DNA of 64,000 nucleotides from the human T2T-CHM13v2.0 reference genome, Homo sapiens, in NCBI RefSeq assembly GCF_009914755.1, contig NC_060928.1; one strand, given 5' to 3'. Position 1 is the first letter of the stretch. Every line of letters begins with the position of its first letter. The notes under the pieces are model-generated. The model saw nothing but the letters and a program-made list of their open reading frames with translations. It did no database searches and was not told the origin of the DNA. Shown here in pieces: positions 58,325 through 64,000 of the stretch. The position numbers were made by a program, and so were the translations under genes.

Positions 58325-58631
58325 TTAAAAAAACAAAACATGCCACGATCTCAGCTCACTGCAACCTCCACCTCCCAGGTTCAAGCGAGTCTCCTGCCTC
58401 GGCCTCCTGAGTAGCTGGGATTACGGGCATGTGCCACCACCCTCGGCTAATTTTTGTATTATTTTAGTAGAGGTGGGGTTTCACCATGATGGCCAGGCTG
58501 GTCTTGAACTCCTGACCTCAGGTGATCCACCCGCCTTGGCCTCTCAAAGTGCTGGGATTACAGGTGTTAGCCACCGTGCCCAGCCTGAAATACATTGTCA
58601 AGACATAAATAAGTACCCATTGTCAAGAGAT

Positions 58632-58662
<31 letters not shown>

Positions 58663-59227
58663 CAGAAACAGAGGTGGACCAAACGCTAAAGCTATCAGAC
58701 AGAGACGTTAAAATAACTATGAGGCCAGGCAGAGAGCCTCATGCCTGTTAATAGGCATGAACACTTTGGGAGGCTGAGGCAGGAGGATCACGTGAGTCCA
58801 GGAGTTTGAGACCTGGGCAACATGACAAACCCCGTGTCTACAAACAATACAAAAATTAGCTAGGCGTGGTAGCACATGCCTGTAGTCTCTACTACTTGGG
58901 AGGCTGAGATGGGAGGATGGCTTGAACCCAGGAGGTGGAGGCAGCAGTGAGCCATGATCATGAAACTGAACGCCAGCCAGCCTGGGTGACAGAGCGAGAC
59001 CCTGTCACAAACAAAAAATATAAATAAATAAATAAAGCATGCTGATTATCATCAGGATTTAAAGTAAATCAGCACTTAGAGCTCACCCTGGCCAAACAAG
59101 AAAAGCCAAAATTAGGAATATTAAAGGACAATATGCTAAATCTAACTTAGAGTTTAAACCAAGAGCATTACATGAATAGAACATTTGGGATTTACCATGC
59201 TGAAAAATATACAAGGAAACAATACAC

Positions 59228-59780
<553 letters not shown>

Positions 59781-59781
59781 A

Positions 59782-60102
<321 letters not shown>

Positions 60103-60261
60103 TTAAAAAACAGTATAAGAAAAACGTATAGAACAATTGAGATAGCAGCAGTGGATTACAGTATTAAACATTTGGCAGGGTGCGATGGCTCACACCTGTA
60201 ATCCCAGCACTTTTGGGAGGCTATGGCAGGCAAATCACTTGAGATCAAGAGTTGGAGACTA

Positions 60262-60487
<226 letters not shown>

Positions 60488-62275
60488 TCAAGGAAATATG
60501 AGAACTGAACACAGCAAACAAAGCTATACAACATTATTTCAAAAACATCTAAAGACAATTTTATTTTATTACTACCTGGTTTTTACCCTTTCTTCAAAGC
60601 TTTATAGGTATATGCTTCAAGAAGAAAGACAGATTTTCTTACTTTTTTTTTTTTGGAGACAGGTTCTCACTCTGTCACCCAGGCTGGAGTGCTGCGGCAC
60701 AATTATGGTTCACTGTACACTTAATCTCCTTGGCTTAAACAATCCTCCTGCCTCAGCCTCCAGAGTGGGCAGGACTATAGGCGCCTGCACCACATCCAGC
60801 TAATTTTTGTATTTTTTGTAGAGAAGAGGTTTTGCCATGTTGCCCGCGCTAGTCTCAAACTCCTGGCCTCAAGTGATCTGCCTTGCCTCAGCCTCCCAAA
60901 GTGCTGGGATTACAGGCGTGAGCCACCTCACCCAGCCAAAAGACATTTTCTAAATAACTTCTGCCAGAAACAAAGTATTCTCTTTATCTACACTGACTCA
61001 ATCTTCATGAATCTTAGGAAAAATTTTTATTCAATGATTTTCTTTTCACACACAAGGAATCCACCTCTACTTATTCTATAGTGGCTACGTGAGGGATATT
61101 CAATAAGCATTTGAAGTTATAGGATAATTATACATGGCCACAGAACTTAACCCAATTTTCAAGTATTAAACTTAACAAAATAAAATAATGGCATCAATTT
61201 ACTATTAAGGTTTACTTAGGGCCAGCGTGGGGGCTCACACCACTGCACTCCAGCCTGGGGGACAAGGCGAGACTCCATCGCAAGAAAAAAAAGAAAAAGA
61301 AAAAGCATACACTAAGTGATTTTTTAAAATTCATATTATAATTAAGTACATAAAATGTTGCTAGCCACTCTTTAAATTTTACTCATCCACGGCTTTCACA
61401 CCTATTGTCAGATGACTATAATCTCAGCAACAAACAAATTTACTCAGACAGCATCAATTAGAAATGGATTCCTGGGCCAGGCACAGTGGCCTGTAATCCT
61501 AGCACTTTGGGAGGCCAAAGAGGGCGGACCACGAGGTCAGGAGATGGAGACCATCCTGGCTAACACGGTGAAACCCCATCTCTACTAAAAGTACAAAAAA
61601 ATTAGCCGGGCGTGGTGGCGGGCGCCTGTAGTCCCAGCTACTCGGGAGGCTGAGGCAGGAGAATGGCATGAACCCGGCTAGGCAGAGCTTGCAGTGAGCT
61701 GAGACTGTACCACTGCACTCCAGCCTGGGCGACAGTGTGAGACTCCATCTCAAAAAAAAAAAAAAAAAAAGAAATGGATTCCTGTACAAACAAAGATGCT
61801 ATGTGATCTGGACATGAGGCTAAAAAAAGACTCCACAGGCCGGGGGTGATGGCTCACGCCTGTAATCCCAGCACTTTGGGAGACTGAGGTGGGTGGATCA
61901 CCTGAGGTCAGGAGTTCAAGACCAGCCTGACCAACACAGAGAAACCCTGGCTCAGCTAATCCTCCCAACTCAGCCTCCTGAGTAGCTGGGACTACAGGAG
62001 CACACCACCACACCTAGCTAATTTTTTGTATTTTTAGTAGAGACAGGGTTTCACCATGCTACCCAAGCTGGTAGCAAACTCCCGAGCTCAAGTGATCCGT
62101 CTGCCTTTGCCTCCCAAAGTGCTGAGATCATAGGCATGAGGCACCACGCCCAGCCAGGCATTAATTTTATAACAAAAACAACACATAAGGCCAGGCATGG
62201 TGGTTCACACCTGTAATCCCAGCACATTGGGAGGTCGAAGCAGGAGGATCTCCTGAGGTCAGGAGTTCAAGGTCA

Positions 62276-62506
<231 letters not shown>

Positions 62507-64000
62507 CTAAGCCTTACCTAACCCTAACTTGCCTCAGCACAAGCAAAATAGTAGTACTCATTTCTTGTCTTTTTTTTTTTCTTTTCTTTTTTCTTTGAGA
62601 CAGAGTCTCACTCTATCACCTAGGCTGGAGTGCAGTGGCACAATCTCTGCTCACTGCAACCTCTGTCTCGTGAGTTCAAACTATTCTTGTGCCTCCTGAG
62701 TAGTTGGGATTACAGGCGCACATCACCACCCCTGACTAATTTTTGTATTTTTGGTAGAGATGGGGTTTCACCATGTTGGCCAGGTTGGTCTCAAGCTCCT
62801 GGCCTCAAGTGATCCACCTGCCTTGGCCTCCTAAAGTGCCGGTATTATAGGCATGAGCCACTGCGCCCTGCTGTACTTATTTATTTTCCTTAAACACACC
62901 AAACATGCTTCTGCCTTTCTGCCATTCATCTGCCTGGAATGTTTTACCATTCATTTGCCTACCCAAGTCTGAGACTTCAAATCCCAGCCCAACTGTCACC
63001 TTCTCTATGAATTTCTTGACAATCAAAATTCTTAGTGATCTTTTTATCTAAAGAAACAAATGCAATCCAACCACATAATTGGCACTCACATTGTAAATTA
63101 CAATCATCTCAAAATATGATAATCTCACATGAAAATCCATTCTACTGTTATTCCCAGTGTCACTTTCCCTTACTGAACTAAATGCTGTTATTTAAGGGCT
63201 GGCTTTACCAACACAAATCACAATGCCACTACTTTAGTAGGAAGTGTTAAATGTTTATCTCTTTTTAAATTTTTTTATTTTATACCCTAGTTGCAAGCTA
63301 AAAATGTTTAATCTAAATTTTTTTGTTGTTGTTGGAGATAGGTATCTCACTGTCGTCTAGGCTGGAGCACAGTGGCACGATCATGACCACTGCAGCCTCT
63401 ACCTCCCCAGGCTCAGGTGATCCTTCCAACTGGCCTCCTGAGTAGCTGGGACTACAGGTGCACACCACCACACCCAGCTAATTTTTTGTATTTTTAGTAC
63501 CATGCTGCCAAAGCTGGTAGCAAACTCTCGAGCTCAAGTGATCTGTCTGCCTTGGCCTCCCAAAGTGCTGGGATCACAGGCGTGAGCCACCACACCCAGC
63601 AAGGCATTAATTTTATAACAGAAAAACAACACGTAAGGCCAGGCATGGTGGTTCACACCTGTAATCCCAATACATTGGGAGACCGAGGCAGGTGGATCTC
63701 CTGAGGTCAGGAGTTTGAGACCAGCCTGGCCAACAAGGTGAAAGCCCGTCTATAGTGAAAATACAAAAATTAGGCCAGGCGTGGTGGTTCACGCCTGTAA
63801 ACCCAGCACTTTTGGAGGGCAAGGCAAGCAGATCATGAGGTCAGGAGTTCAAGACCAGGCTGGCCAACACAGTGAAACCCCGCCATCTCTACTAAAAATA
63901 CAAAAATTAGGTGGGCATGGTGGTACGTAACCAGCAGTCCCACCAACTTGGGAGGCTGAGGCAGGAGAATCGCTTGAAACTGGGAGGTGGAGGTTGCAGT

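Overview
This window is primate (almost certainly human) genomic DNA inside PDS5A, a cohesin-associated HEAT-repeat protein gene on the minus strand. I mapped 14 consecutive coding exons by hand (32144 down to 2320), all with GT-AG boundaries. They splice into an uninterrupted 1632-nt frame of 544 codons, about M47-V590; by my recollection of the reference annotation these are exons 3-16. Read-through of the last exon's weak donor adds [10 protein letters not shown] and would give a ~600-aa truncated isoform. Positions 32145-64000 are one large, very Alu-dense intron. It holds an Elongin C processed pseudogene split by three Alus, a 5'-truncated 5S rRNA pseudogene, MLT2A/MER21/MER57/MLT1/LTR33/MST-type LTRs, an ERV-L integrase/dUTPase relic, L1 fragments and DNA transposons. 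Almost all ORFs in the supplied track are Alu or low-complexity artefacts. I found no new multi-gene system. The most interesting unexplained signals are small: several template-switch or fold-back footprints at Alus, a ~370-bp local duplication, collapsed Alus, a candidate poison exon, and splice-site features that could modulate PDS5A. Repeat subfamily names and pseudogene symbols come from recall, not from a database search.
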